Source: a virus
Lineage: Duplodnaviria; Caudoviricetes
IMG/VR virus record: IMGVR_UViG_3300030372_004093
Span: 1 to 28,274 of that record
DNA: 28,274 bases
Reading direction: 5' to 3' (one strand)
Below, in pieces: positions 1-8,276 of this stretch. The number at the start of each line of letters is the position of its first letter. Within the stretch, counting starts at the first letter, position 1. A program made the position numbers and the translations under genes. The notes below the pieces were generated by a model. That model saw only the letters and a list, made by a program, of their open reading frames with translations, searched no databases and had not been told where the DNA came from.

Positions 1-141
1 GAGTTAAGACAAACCACGAAGGACATTCAGGAAGACATGGAATTATTAAAGGGTAAGTTGGAGCAAGCCATGACTGAGCTAGAAGAAAAGATAGATAAAA
101 GAATAAAAACTGCATTAGAAAATCCTCTATCACAAATGTAA
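1..141 (+). CDS. C-terminal end of a coiled-coil phage protein (5' truncated)
   Basis: Open frame from base 1 (ELRQTTKDIQEDMELLKGKLEQAMTELEEKIDKRIKTALENPLSQM) to TAA 139-141; heptad-like pattern; next ATG 2 nt later. Confidence 0.75.
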   Translation, partial: ELRQTTKDIQEDMELLKGKLEQAMTELEEKIDKRIKTALENPLSQM

Positions 142-143
142 GT

Positions 144-275
144 ATGGCTAAACCACCAAGCAACGAATACTTTACACCTGTCAAAAAAAGGACTAGTATA
201 GGGCGTTCTCCACGCAGTAGGCCAAAGAACAAGAATAAAAGACGTCAATACGTTAAATATAGAGGTCAAGGATGA
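144..275 (+). CDS. Small basic protein, 43 aa (not in ORF track)
   Basis: MAKPPSNEYFTPVKKRTSIGRSPRSRPKNKNKRRQYVKYRGQG; tightly packed, ATGA overlap with the next gene. Confidence 0.75.
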   Translation: MAKPPSNEYFTPVKKRTSIGRSPRSRPKNKNKRRQYVKYRGQG

Positions 276-403
276 GAAAAGGTTTATATGCTAATATTCA
301 TGCTAAAAGAAAACGTGGTGGAAAAATGCGTAAGAAAGGTGCAAAGGGTGCACCTACTGCAGCTAATTTTGCGAGAGCAAAACAAACAGTGAGGAAGAAA
401 TGA
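272..403 (+). CDS. Small basic protein, 43 aa (not in ORF track)
   Basis: MRKGLYANIHAKRKRGGKMRKKGAKGAPTAANFARAKQTVRKK; GAGG upstream; ATGA overlaps at both ends; no acidic residues. Confidence 0.8.
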   Translation: MRKGLYANIHAKRKRGGKMRKKGAKGAPTAANFARAKQTVRKK

Positions 404-702
404 CAAAATTATGTCCTAGGGGTAAAGCAGCAGCTAAGCGTAAATTTAAAGTTTATCCTAGTGCATATGCAAATGCATACGCTTCTAAAATATGTGCTGG
501 AAAGATTAAAGATCCTAGCGGTGTAAAAAGAAAAGATTTTAAAGGACCAAAACCAGCAGGTAAAGCAAAAGGTGGAGAGATAATTAATTTTAATAAATTA
601 TCACAAGATAGAAAAAAAATATCACAATTTAATAAAGGTGGTATCGCAAGAGCTTGTGGTGCAATAAAAGAGAATAAAAGAAAAGTTACTAGAATAACAT
701 GA
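400..702 (+). CDS. Basic phage protein, 100 aa
   Basis: Lys-rich ORF coupled by ATGA overlaps; contains YPSAYANAYA, KAKGG and FNKGG. Confidence 0.85.
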   Translation: MTKLCPRGKAAAKRKFKVYPSAYANAYASKICAGKIKDPSGVKRKDFKGPKPAGKAKGGEIINFNKLSQDRKKISQFNKGGIARACGAIKENKRKVTRIT

Positions 703-1019
703 GCTTAAAAAAATGGTTTGAGCAAGATTGGGTTGATATAGGAGCCAAGAAAAAAGGCGGTGGATTTGCTAAATGTGGTAGATCCAAACTTAAAGCTGAT
801 AGAAAAAGAAAATACCCAAAGTGTGTACCAGCTGCTAAAGCTGCTAGAATGACAGAGAGCCAAAGAAGATCAGCAGTAAAAAGAAAAAGAAGTAAAGCCC
901 AGGGCGTTGGAGGTAAACCTACCAATGTTAAAACATTTGCAGCTCAAGGTGGATTAATAACAAATCAAAGAAGAGCTGGTGTAGCACAGAGAGGATTTGG
1001 TTTTAGAGGTGTCTTCTAA
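699..1019 (+). CDS. Basic phage protein, 106 aa (possibly DUF5872-like)
   Basis: SLKKWFEQDWVDI...KYPKCVP pattern recalled from conserved phage hypothetical proteins; ATGA coupling; contains AAQGG. Confidence 0.8.
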   Translation: MSLKKWFEQDWVDIGAKKKGGGFAKCGRSKLKADRKRKYPKCVPAAKAARMTESQRRSAVKRKRSKAQGVGGKPTNVKTFAAQGGLITNQRRAGVAQRGFGFRGVF

Positions 1020-1305
1020 AAAAGATCCAATAGTAGGAACAGGAAAGAAACCAAAAGGCAGTGGAAGACGTCTCTATACTGACGAAAATCCACGTGACAC
1101 TGTGGGCATTAAGTTTGCTACTCCTACTGATGCCAGAAAAACTGTCGCAAAAGTTAAAAAAATTAATAAACCTTTTGCTAGAAAAATTCAGATCCTAACA
1201 GTAGGAGAACAAAGAGCAAAGGTTATGGGTAAAACGCAAGTAGCAAATATATTTAAGAAAGGTAAAGATGCCATTAGAAGAGGACGTAAAACAAGACGTA
1301 CGTAA
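1009..1305 (+). CDS. Basic phage protein (probable GTG start at 1009; track start 997)
   Basis: KKDPIVGTGKKPKGSGRRLYTDENP; Lys/Arg-rich; GAGGA upstream; start uncertain. Confidence 0.75.
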   Translation: MSSKKDPIVGTGKKPKGSGRRLYTDENPRDTVGIKFATPTDARKTVAKVKKINKPFARKIQILTVGEQRAKVMGKTQVANIFKKGKDAIRRGRKTRRT

Positions 1306-1846
1306 GTGGTCCGAGCATTTTTTAGAAATACCTAATAAACATTTAGGTGGTTTTCCAGCTTGCCCTTTTGCTAAGAAAACATGGAAAGATAACAAAGTTG
1401 TTGTTGAAGTAAAAAGAAAACAAAAATGGTATAAATCTGAACTTAATGCTCATTTAAAGCAATTAGATTTTTCTATTCATGAGATATTGATATTTTGCGA
1501 TCCGTACTTTAATTATTCACTTGAAGATTTTCAGGATATAATAGATGCGTACAATAAGTGGTATAATAAAAAGGATATATTTTTTATGGGTTTTCATCCC
1601 AGCAATCCAGCCAATGAGGAGGAGCAAGAATTCCTTGTCACTCCAAATGGGGACACCCCTGTTATAGAAAGTGACCTGGAGTATAGCATGATGCTGGCAC
1701 AAAAGTTCTCGCTATTACAAGAAGCTTCTGATAAACTGCACAAATCTGGTTACTATAAGTTGTGGCCAGAGGGGTACTATCAAGACGTTGTGGTATCTAG
1801 AGCAAAAACCTATAAACGAATATTCGGAGGTCGACATGATGGGTAA
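1268..1846 (+). CDS. Conserved phage protein with CPFA motif (DUF1415-like)
   Basis: 192 aa with FPACPFAK and MGFHP motifs reminiscent of DUF1415; family call from memory. Confidence 0.65.
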   Translation: MPLEEDVKQDVRKWSEHFLEIPNKHLGGFPACPFAKKTWKDNKVVVEVKRKQKWYKSELNAHLKQLDFSIHEILIFCDPYFNYSLEDFQDIIDAYNKWYNKKDIFFMGFHPSNPANEEEQEFLVTPNGDTPVIESDLEYSMMLAQKFSLLQEASDKLHKSGYYKLWPEGYYQDVVVSRAKTYKRIFGGRHDG

Positions 1847-2078
1847 AAAGAAAATGGCTGGCGGAGGTATGGCTGGCAAGAAAAAACAAGCAATGAAACG
1901 TGGTGGCAAAGTTGTAAGCAGAGCAATGGGCGGCCCTATGAAAGCTAAAAAGAAAATGGCAGGTGGAGGCATGATGAATGTTTCACCTAGAAAAGCAATG
2001 GCTATGGGCATGAAAAATGGCGGCAAAGTCATGAAGGGTAAAAAGAAAAAAGTAAAAAAAGCTAAGAAGAGAGGCTAA
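1836..2078 (+). CDS. Lys/Met/Gly-rich protamine/histone-H1-like protein, 80 aa
   Basis: SD GGAGGT at 1826-1831 supports ATG 1836 (or 1839) rather than 1788; 24 K, 4 R, 14 M, no D/E; five xxxGG motifs. Confidence 0.85.
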   Translation: MMGKKKMAGGGMAGKKKQAMKRGGKVVSRAMGGPMKAKKKMAGGGMMNVSPRKAMAMGMKNGGKVMKGKKKKVKKAKKRG

Positions 2079-2776
2079 TGCCAACTTACGCTTCAACAGC
2101 TAGTTTTGACCTCAGCATAGATGATATAGCTGAGGAGGCATATGAACGTTGTGGTTTGCAAGTTCGTAGTGGATACGATCTGCAAACTGCAAGACGTTCG
2201 TTAAATCTTTTATTAGCTGAGTGGGCTAATAGAGGATTAAATCTTTGGACGATACAATTACAAGAAAAAACTATAGCTGCTAATACAACTAGTCTTACTG
2301 GAACAAGTTTGTTTGGGTCTAACGCAGATGATAGTCAACAAATTGTAGATATTACTGATGTAGCAATTAGAGACTCTAGTAATAATGATTTTTCTGCAAC
2401 ATCAATTAGCAGGTCTACATATTTAAATATTGCTGTCAAAACAACCAGCGGAAGACCAACTCAATACTATTTTGAACGTACGATAAACCCAACAATATTT
2501 CTATATCCTGCAGCTGATACAACTTACACTCTACGGTACTATGCTCTTGTTCGTATGTTTGATGCGGGCGATTACACCAATAACGCTCAGATTCCTTTTC
2601 GATTTCTTCCATGTATGACTGCTGGATTAGCTTATTACATAGCTATGAAAAAATCGCCAGATAGAATTACTTTATTAAAACAAATTTATGAAGATGAGTT
2701 TCAAAGAGCAGCGGATCAAGATGGTGAAAGAACAAGTTTATTTTTAACACCTAAAACTTATTTACCAGGAGTTTAA
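2078..2776 (+). CDS. Putative head-tail adaptor/connector protein
   Basis: 232 aa; AEEAYERCG...ARRSLNLLLAEWANRGLNLW and GRPTQYY...LYPAAD typical of podophage adaptor-like proteins; TAATG coupling. Confidence 0.65.
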   Translation: MPTYASTASFDLSIDDIAEEAYERCGLQVRSGYDLQTARRSLNLLLAEWANRGLNLWTIQLQEKTIAANTTSLTGTSLFGSNADDSQQIVDITDVAIRDSSNNDFSATSISRSTYLNIAVKTTSGRPTQYYFERTINPTIFLYPAADTTYTLRYYALVRMFDAGDYTNNAQIPFRFLPCMTAGLAYYIAMKKSPDRITLLKQIYEDEFQRAADQDGERTSLFLTPKTYLPGV

Positions 2777-3112
2777 ATGGGCAAGTATGCGTCAGGTAAG
2801 TTTGCAAAAAGAATATCAGATAGATCTGGTATGGCTTTTCCTTACAATGAAATGGTTAAGGAATGGAATGGATCTACTGTTCATATTTCAGAATTTGAAG
2901 CTAAACATCCACAATTAGAACCGTTACCAATAGTAACTGATCCTCAATCATTAAAAAATGCTAGAGGACAGATAGCAGTATCAAGAGTTTTTGTTGGTCT
3001 TATAGGTGTAAACACTAATACATTTTCTAGTGTTGGCATGCAGCCAAAAACAAATGCTAAAGAAACAAGATTGCAGAGCTTTACTGGAAATGTTACAGTG
3101 AGCACATCATGA
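2777..3112 (+). CDS. Conserved phage virion-module protein, 111 aa
   Basis: ISDRSG...EWNG...EFEAKHPQL; abuts both neighbours. Confidence 0.75.
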   Translation: MGKYASGKFAKRISDRSGMAFPYNEMVKEWNGSTVHISEFEAKHPQLEPLPIVTDPQSLKNARGQIAVSRVFVGLIGVNTNTFSSVGMQPKTNAKETRLQSFTGNVTVSTS

Positions 3113-3771
3113 CAGATTATTCTGATTTATTAGATAATGTAAGAAATTATACTGAGACAACATCAGATGTTTTAACAGATGCTGTCATAAATCAATTTAT
3201 TCAATCAACTGAAGATAAATTAAGAAGGACTGTCGATCTTACTTATTACAGAAGATATGATACTGCCACACTTACTGTAAATAATAGTTTTTTACCGCTT
3301 CCTGCTGACTGGGAGGCAACCAGATATATTCAGTTAATAGATGGCTCTGATAACAGAACATTCTTGATACAAAAAGATATTTCGTTTATGAATGAATTTG
3401 CGCCAAATAGGACATCAACAGGGGCAGGCACTCCCAAGTATTATGCTGTTTATGATGATGATACCCATATGTTGGCACCAACCCCGAACGCTGCATTAAC
3501 TGTAGAGCTCGCATACACGTACAAGCCACCTGTCTTGTCCAGTACGACAACATCGAATTGGGTAAGTCAGAACGCTCCAAACGTGCTTTTATATGGTTGT
3601 GTTTTAGAGGCACTTGGATACTTGAAAGGTCCAGCTGATATGATACAATACTACGATAATATGTATAACAAGTCTGTATCGGATCTAGCCACATATGAGA
3701 TGGGGCGTGACCGTAGAGACGAATTTCGAGATGGCGTTATTCGTATCCCTCTCGAGTCTAGGAACCCATAG
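3109..3771 (+). CDS. Putative adaptor / tail tubular protein A-like
   Basis: 220 aa; LPADW, GTPKYYA, LAPTPN, LLYGCVLEA motifs typical of the adaptor family; ATGA overlap. Confidence 0.65.
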   Translation: MTDYSDLLDNVRNYTETTSDVLTDAVINQFIQSTEDKLRRTVDLTYYRRYDTATLTVNNSFLPLPADWEATRYIQLIDGSDNRTFLIQKDISFMNEFAPNRTSTGAGTPKYYAVYDDDTHMLAPTPNAALTVELAYTYKPPVLSSTTTSNWVSQNAPNVLLYGCVLEALGYLKGPADMIQYYDNMYNKSVSDLATYEMGRDRRDEFRDGVIRIPLESRNP

Positions 3772-3780
3772 GAGATTATT

Positions 3781-4227
3781 ATGGCAATTACACAAGCTGT
3801 AGCTAACAGTTTCAAAGTGGAGATCCTGAAAGGCCTACACAATTTTACGGCTACGACGGGGAATACTTTTAAACTAGCGCTATATGACAACGAAGCAACT
3901 TTAAGTAAATCAACAACTGCTTTCACACAAACTGATGAGGTAGCAAACTCAGGAACTTATTCTGAGGGTGGCGGATCATTAACTTCCGTTACTCCAGCTT
4001 TATCAGGTGACACAGCTGTTTGTGATTTTGCTGATATTTCATTTACGAGTGCAACAATTTCTGCACAAGCTGCTGTTATTTATAACAGCTCTACCGTGTC
4101 TGGATTAACAACAAACGCAGCTGTTTGTGTTCTTGATTTTGGTGCTGTTAAATCCTCAACTTCAGGTACGTTTACTATTACGTTTCCTGCAGCTGAAGCT
4201 ACCGCAGCAATTTTAAGGATCGCATAA
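3781..4227 (+). CDS. Virion structural (tail-associated) protein, 148 aa
   Basis: AGGAG RBS; FKLALY...GTFTITFP pattern; Thr/Ala/Ser-rich beta protein. Confidence 0.75.
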   Translation: MAITQAVANSFKVEILKGLHNFTATTGNTFKLALYDNEATLSKSTTAFTQTDEVANSGTYSEGGGSLTSVTPALSGDTAVCDFADISFTSATISAQAAVIYNSSTVSGLTTNAAVCVLDFGAVKSSTSGTFTITFPAAEATAAILRIA

Positions 4228-4238
4228 GGAGATAAGAT

Positions 4239-5369
4239 ATGACTACCCCACTTGCTGGCTGGGGGCGGTCAACCTGGAACAATGGTGCTTGGAACCAAAG
4301 TGGTACTGTTGACGCCACAGGTGTTAGCCTCACATCCAGTGTTAATGACGTAGGTTTAGTATTAGATATTAATGTAACTCTGACTGGAGTTACAGCTACT
4401 GCATCTACAGAATTACAAATTAGAGAAGGATGGAACCGAGGACTTAACGTCGGTGATTCAATAGCATCCAGCTTTGGTTGGAGCAACGGTGCATGGGGTA
4501 ATGGAGATAACAGTGTTTCTGTTACAGGTATTGCATTAACTTCATCACAAGGTGAAGAAACAGTCACTGGCACTGCGTCAATAACTTTACCAAGTGTATC
4601 ACTAACAGCCACAGCAGGAGATGCTGTGGCAACTGGTGCTGTAGATGCAGTTCCAAGTGGAATTGCACTTACGAGTTCTTTTGGTTCTTTAACTATAGCT
4701 ACAGATCAAAACATATCTGTAACAGGTATTGGTATGACCTCATCGTTAGGAGATGAGTCGGTAGCCGTTACAAAAGCTACAGGTTGGAACCGTGATACTG
4801 ACATTAATACAGGGAGTTCTATTGGCTGGGGTGATCAACAATGGGGCGCAGTTGGACTTTCACAAGCTGTAACAGGTCAAGCTTTAACCGCATCTTTAGG
4901 TGATGAGTCACTTTCAACAGATCAAAACATTTCAGTTACAGGATTAGGAACAACATCTTCCATAGGTACTTTCTCTATATCTGGTGATGGACAAACAACT
5001 GTTGTGGCTGGCTCTGAAACAGCGATGCAATCGTCTGTTGGCACAGCCGAGGCAGATCCAGAATTTGTTGTATTCCCAAGCGGTAATGCTTTAACTTCAT
5101 CCGTAGGAACTGTAGAAACGTCTGTATTTGTTACAGGTGTAGGTTTAACTTCTAGCCTAGGCGATGAAACTCAAGAAACAATATATGAGGCACCATCAGT
5201 TTCTGCTGAAAGTAGAACAGGAGATGTATCTGTAATCGTAAGTGTAGACTTTACACCGACTGGACTTTCTGTTACAAGTAGCACTGGTACTCTACAAGGA
5301 ACCTTCTGGAACCAAGTAGATGACTCAAACAGCGCAATAAGTTGGACTGAAGTTCATAAAGCTGCATAA
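4239..5369 (+). CDS. Repetitive Thr/Ser/Gly-rich tail/fibre-associated protein, 376 aa
   Basis: AGGAG RBS; many VTGxxLTSSLG-like repeats and three Trp-Gly clusters. Confidence 0.75.
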   Translation: MTTPLAGWGRSTWNNGAWNQSGTVDATGVSLTSSVNDVGLVLDINVTLTGVTATASTELQIREGWNRGLNVGDSIASSFGWSNGAWGNGDNSVSVTGIALTSSQGEETVTGTASITLPSVSLTATAGDAVATGAVDAVPSGIALTSSFGSLTIATDQNISVTGIGMTSSLGDESVAVTKATGWNRDTDINTGSSIGWGDQQWGAVGLSQAVTGQALTASLGDESLSTDQNISVTGLGTTSSIGTFSISGDGQTTVVAGSETAMQSSVGTAEADPEFVVFPSGNALTSSVGTVETSVFVTGVGLTSSLGDETQETIYEAPSVSAESRTGDVSVIVSVDFTPTGLSVTSSTGTLQGTFWNQVDDSNSAISWTEVHKAA

Positions 5370-5370
5370 A

Positions 5371-5410
5371 AAAGTTTTGACAAACTTTGATTTTTAACTT
5401 TATATAGGAG
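5371..5410 (+). promoter_or_regulatory. Possible sigma70-type promoter or operator palindrome, plus RBS, before the tail fibre
   Basis: Perfect TTGACA 5377-5382 inside inverted repeat AAAGTTT-TGAC-AAACTTT; weak -10 (TATATA 5401-5406); AGGAG 5406-5410. Confidence 0.35.
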
Positions 5411-5415
5411 ATATT

Positions 5416-6726
5416 ATGAGTTCGACATATTCGACAAGTTTGAGAATAGAATTACAGGCTACTGGTGCAAATTCAGGAACTTGGGGTACTATTACAAACA
5501 ACAACTTTTCTCAATCTTTAGAGTTTGCTATCGCTGGTGTTGTCAATGTAGCTTGTGGTGACGCTGCAGTCACGACTCTTACCAATGCAGATGGACCACA
5601 ATCTCAGGCGAACAACCAAGCAAGAAATGCACACATAAGATTAACAGGGGCACATGGTGCAGTAAGAATTGCACAGTTCCCAGCTACACAAAAAATTTAT
5701 TTAATTACTAACGCAACAACAGATTCTGGGTCATCTGGACCTTATGCTATGACAGTCAGACTAGGGGCTTCTGGAAATACTTTATCTATTGCAAATGGTG
5801 CAACTAGATTAGTAGCTACAGATGGCACAAATTGGTATGATGTTTTTGCAGCAGGAGGTCAGTTTGGCGGATCTTTTTTAGCCGACGGTACAGTTGATGT
5901 AAACGGTAAAGAATTAATATTAGATGCTGATGCTGATACAAGTTTAACAGCAGATTCAGACGATCAAATAGATGTTAAAATGGCAAACATAGATGTTGCT
6001 AATTTAACTACTCAAAACTCTGGTGATTTAGTTATAACCACAGCTGTTCAAGACAAAGATTTTGTTATCAAAGGAGATGACGGTGGATCAGGTATAACTG
6101 CTTTAACATTAGATATGTCAGATGCAGGTAAAGCTACATTTAATGGTGTTGTAGATGCTGATGCTGGTGTCACAATAGATAACATAACAATAGATGGAAC
6201 AGAGATTGATTTATCAAGTGGTGATTTAACACTAGACGTTGAAGGTGATATTATTTTAGACGCCAATGGCGGTGATGTAATATTTCAAGATGATGGCACA
6301 GTTATTGGTCACATTACTAATAGTTCTAGTGATTTGGTTATAGAGTCAAAAGTATCTGATAAAGACATTATATTTAAAGGTAATGATGGAGGCTCTGGTA
6401 TCACAGCACTAACTTTAGATATGTCTGGTGCAGGTGCTGCAACATTTAATAATGATGTTACTGCATTTTCAGATGAAAGATTAAAGACTGATATAAATAC
6501 TATTGAAAACGCTCTGGATAAAGTTTCTAAAATGAGAGGTGTTACTTTTAAAAGAGATGGTGTTGCTGGCACTGGTGTCATCGCACAAGAAGTACAGCCT
6601 CATCTTCCAGAAGTTATTCATGATAAACAAGAATATTTATCTGTTGCTTATGGTAACATGGTTGGAGTTTTGATAGAAGCAATCAAGGATCTAAAACAAC
6701 AGGTTGATGAATTAAAAGGAGAGTAA
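5416..6726 (+). CDS. Tail fibre with C-terminal peptidase S74 intramolecular chaperone
   Basis: FSDERLKTDI...GVIAQEVQ...VAYGNMVGVLIEAIKDLK is a canonical S74 domain; N-terminal STSLRIELQATGANSGTWG anchor region. Confidence 0.85.
   Translation: MSSTYSTSLRIELQATGANSGTWGTITNNNFSQSLEFAIAGVVNVACGDAAVTTLTNADGPQSQANNQARNAHIRLTGAHGAVRIAQFPATQKIYLITNATTDSGSSGPYAMTVRLGASGNTLSIANGATRLVATDGTNWYDVFAAGGQFGGSFLADGTVDVNGKELILDADADTSLTADSDDQIDVKMANIDVANLTTQNSGDLVITTAVQDKDFVIKGDDGGSGITALTLDMSDAGKATFNGVVDADAGVTIDNITIDGTEIDLSSGDLTLDVEGDIILDANGGDVIFQDDGTVIGHITNSSSDLVIESKVSDKDIIFKGNDGGSGITALTLDMSGAGAATFNNDVTAFSDERLKTDINTIENALDKVSKMRGVTFKRDGVAGTGVIAQEVQPHLPEVIHDKQEYLSVAYGNMVGVLIEAIKDLKQQVDELKGE
6019..6450 (+). repeat. 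Internal 42-codon duplication in tail fibre (6019-6144 and 6325-6450)
   Basis: SGDLVITTAVQDKDFVIKGDDGGSGITALTLDMSDAGKATFN versus SSDLVIESKVSDKDIIFKGNDGGSGITALTLDMSGAGAATFN. Confidence 0.9.
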
Positions 6727-6727
6727 T

Positions 6728-7762
6728 ATGACATTACCTACGGGTACTATTTCGCTTTCACAAGTTAACACTGAATTAGAGGTTTCACCTTCAAGCACTA
6801 CAATTAATATGGGTTCTAGTCCTGTAAGGGGATTAGCTGATGTTCCAAGTGGAGCTATCGGTATGTCTGATTTGCAAGGTAAAAGTAATGCGCAATATAT
6901 TCAAGCAACTGGTGGAACAATTTCTACAGTTGGAGACTACAAAGTTCACACATTCACATCATCTGGCACATTTACTGTTCAAGCAGTAGGTAATCCTGCT
7001 GGTTCCGATTCTGTTGATTATTTTGTAATAGCAGGTGGCGGAGGCGGAGGTGCTGGTGGTAACCTTCGTGGAGCTGGAGGAGGAGCAGGTGGTTATAGAG
7101 AATCTAATCCATCTCCAGGATCCGATTGGACAGGATCTCCTATATCAAATCCAGGTGGTGCTTTACCTGTTTCAGCACAAGGCTATCCCATAACAGTAGG
7201 TGGTGGCGGTGGTGGTAACGCTGGCGCAAATTCAGGTACAGGTTCTAATAGTAGCGGAAGTGCATCAAGTTTTTCAACAATACCATCCGCAGGTGGTGGC
7301 CGAGCTGGAGCTGTAAGTCCTTTTAACGGAGCACCAGGTGGATCTGGTGGCGGAGGCTGTGCTGGTGGTAGACCTGGTGGAAGTGGTAATGATCCTTCAG
7401 TTTCTCCACCTCAAGGTAATAATGGAGCTACTGGCAACCCCGATATAGGTTCATTTGGTGGTGGTGGCGGAGGAGCTCAAAGTTCTGGAACCAATGGAGG
7501 TGCTGGAGGTAATGGAGCTACAAGTTCTTTTAACGGATCACCAACTACAAGAGGTGGTGGTGGCGGAGGCTCTGATGCTGGTGGCAGCGGAGGTTCTCCT
7601 GGACCAGGAGGTGGTGGCCGAGGTGGTAGTAACAACCAAACTTCAGGGTTAGCTGGCACAGCAAACACTGGCGGTGGTGGTGGCGGTCAAGAACATACTA
7701 GAACCTCTGGTTCTGGTGGATCAGGCATTGTAATGGTTAGATACAAGTTTCAGAGTAGTTAA
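6728..7762 (+). CDS. Glycine-rich tail-associated protein, 344 aa
   Basis: YKVHTFTSSGTF...VDYFVIAGGGGGG...ANTGGGGGG...GGSGIVMVRY, a common phage glycine-rich domain layout. Confidence 0.8.
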   Translation: MTLPTGTISLSQVNTELEVSPSSTTINMGSSPVRGLADVPSGAIGMSDLQGKSNAQYIQATGGTISTVGDYKVHTFTSSGTFTVQAVGNPAGSDSVDYFVIAGGGGGGAGGNLRGAGGGAGGYRESNPSPGSDWTGSPISNPGGALPVSAQGYPITVGGGGGGNAGANSGTGSNSSGSASSFSTIPSAGGGRAGAVSPFNGAPGGSGGGGCAGGRPGGSGNDPSVSPPQGNNGATGNPDIGSFGGGGGGAQSSGTNGGAGGNGATSSFNGSPTTRGGGGGGSDAGGSGGSPGPGGGGRGGSNNQTSGLAGTANTGGGGGGQEHTRTSGSGGSGIVMVRYKFQSS

Positions 7763-7763
7763 T

Positions 7764-8273
7764 ATGGCACATTACGCAAAAATCAGTGACGCTAATTTAG
7801 TTTTATCTGTAGTTGTTTTAGATGATCAAGATGAACTAAAAGATGGGTCTGTTGATGAAGCAACAGCGGTTACTAAATTAAAAGAAATTTTTGGTTGGGA
7901 TAATTGGAAAAAATGTTCATACAATACTCATAAGGGTAAACATTACGTAGATTACGCATCAAATCAATTATCTTCTGATCAAAGCAAAGCTTTGAGAGGT
8001 AATTACCCTGGTATAGGTTTTGTATGGAATGAAACTAAAAATGCTTTTTATGAGCCACAACCATATTCAACATGGACTTTAAACGAAACAACTTTTATTT
8101 GGGAACCACCTGTAGCATTTCCTAGCAGTTTAACTTATGAAAAAGATGGTGTTACTAAAGATTACGTCATAGAGTATGATGATACAAACACAAAATGGAT
8201 AGCATCCGATTTAGAAACACCAACGGGTAATTTTCGTTGGGATCCAAGCTCATCATCTTGGGTTTCAATTTAA
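7764..8273 (+). CDS. Conserved phage protein (tail-fibre-associated), 169 aa
   Basis: MAHYAKI...WKKCSYN...LRGNYPGIG...PQPYSTWTLNE...WEPP; recalled as a family that follows Gly-rich genes. Confidence 0.75.
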   Translation: MAHYAKISDANLVLSVVVLDDQDELKDGSVDEATAVTKLKEIFGWDNWKKCSYNTHKGKHYVDYASNQLSSDQSKALRGNYPGIGFVWNETKNAFYEPQPYSTWTLNETTFIWEPPVAFPSSLTYEKDGVTKDYVIEYDDTNTKWIASDLETPTGNFRWDPSSSSWVSI

Positions 8274-8276
8274 TTA

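Noticed and set aside
27-2032. Minus-strand hydrophobic ORFs (27-269, 689-925, 1195-1395, 1517-1702, 1715-2032)
   Set aside because: Antisense to coupled + strand genes; Phe/Leu richness mirrors Lys codons.
6019-6450. DGR template/variable repeat pair
   Set aside because: Differences are not adenine-specific, both copies are coding, and no reverse transcriptase is present.
3386-6581. Minus-strand ORFs within structural genes
   Set aside because: Fully overlap well-supported genes; typical antisense open frames.
7455-7668. Pro-rich antisense ORF (7477-7668) and Val-rich alternate-frame ORF (7455-7652)
   Set aside because: Shadows of GGN codon runs in the glycine-rich gene; no RBS.
6728-7762. 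Counting GG dipeptides of the Gly-rich protein and fibre as the shared GG motif
   Set aside because: Explained by composition; excluded from the motif finding.
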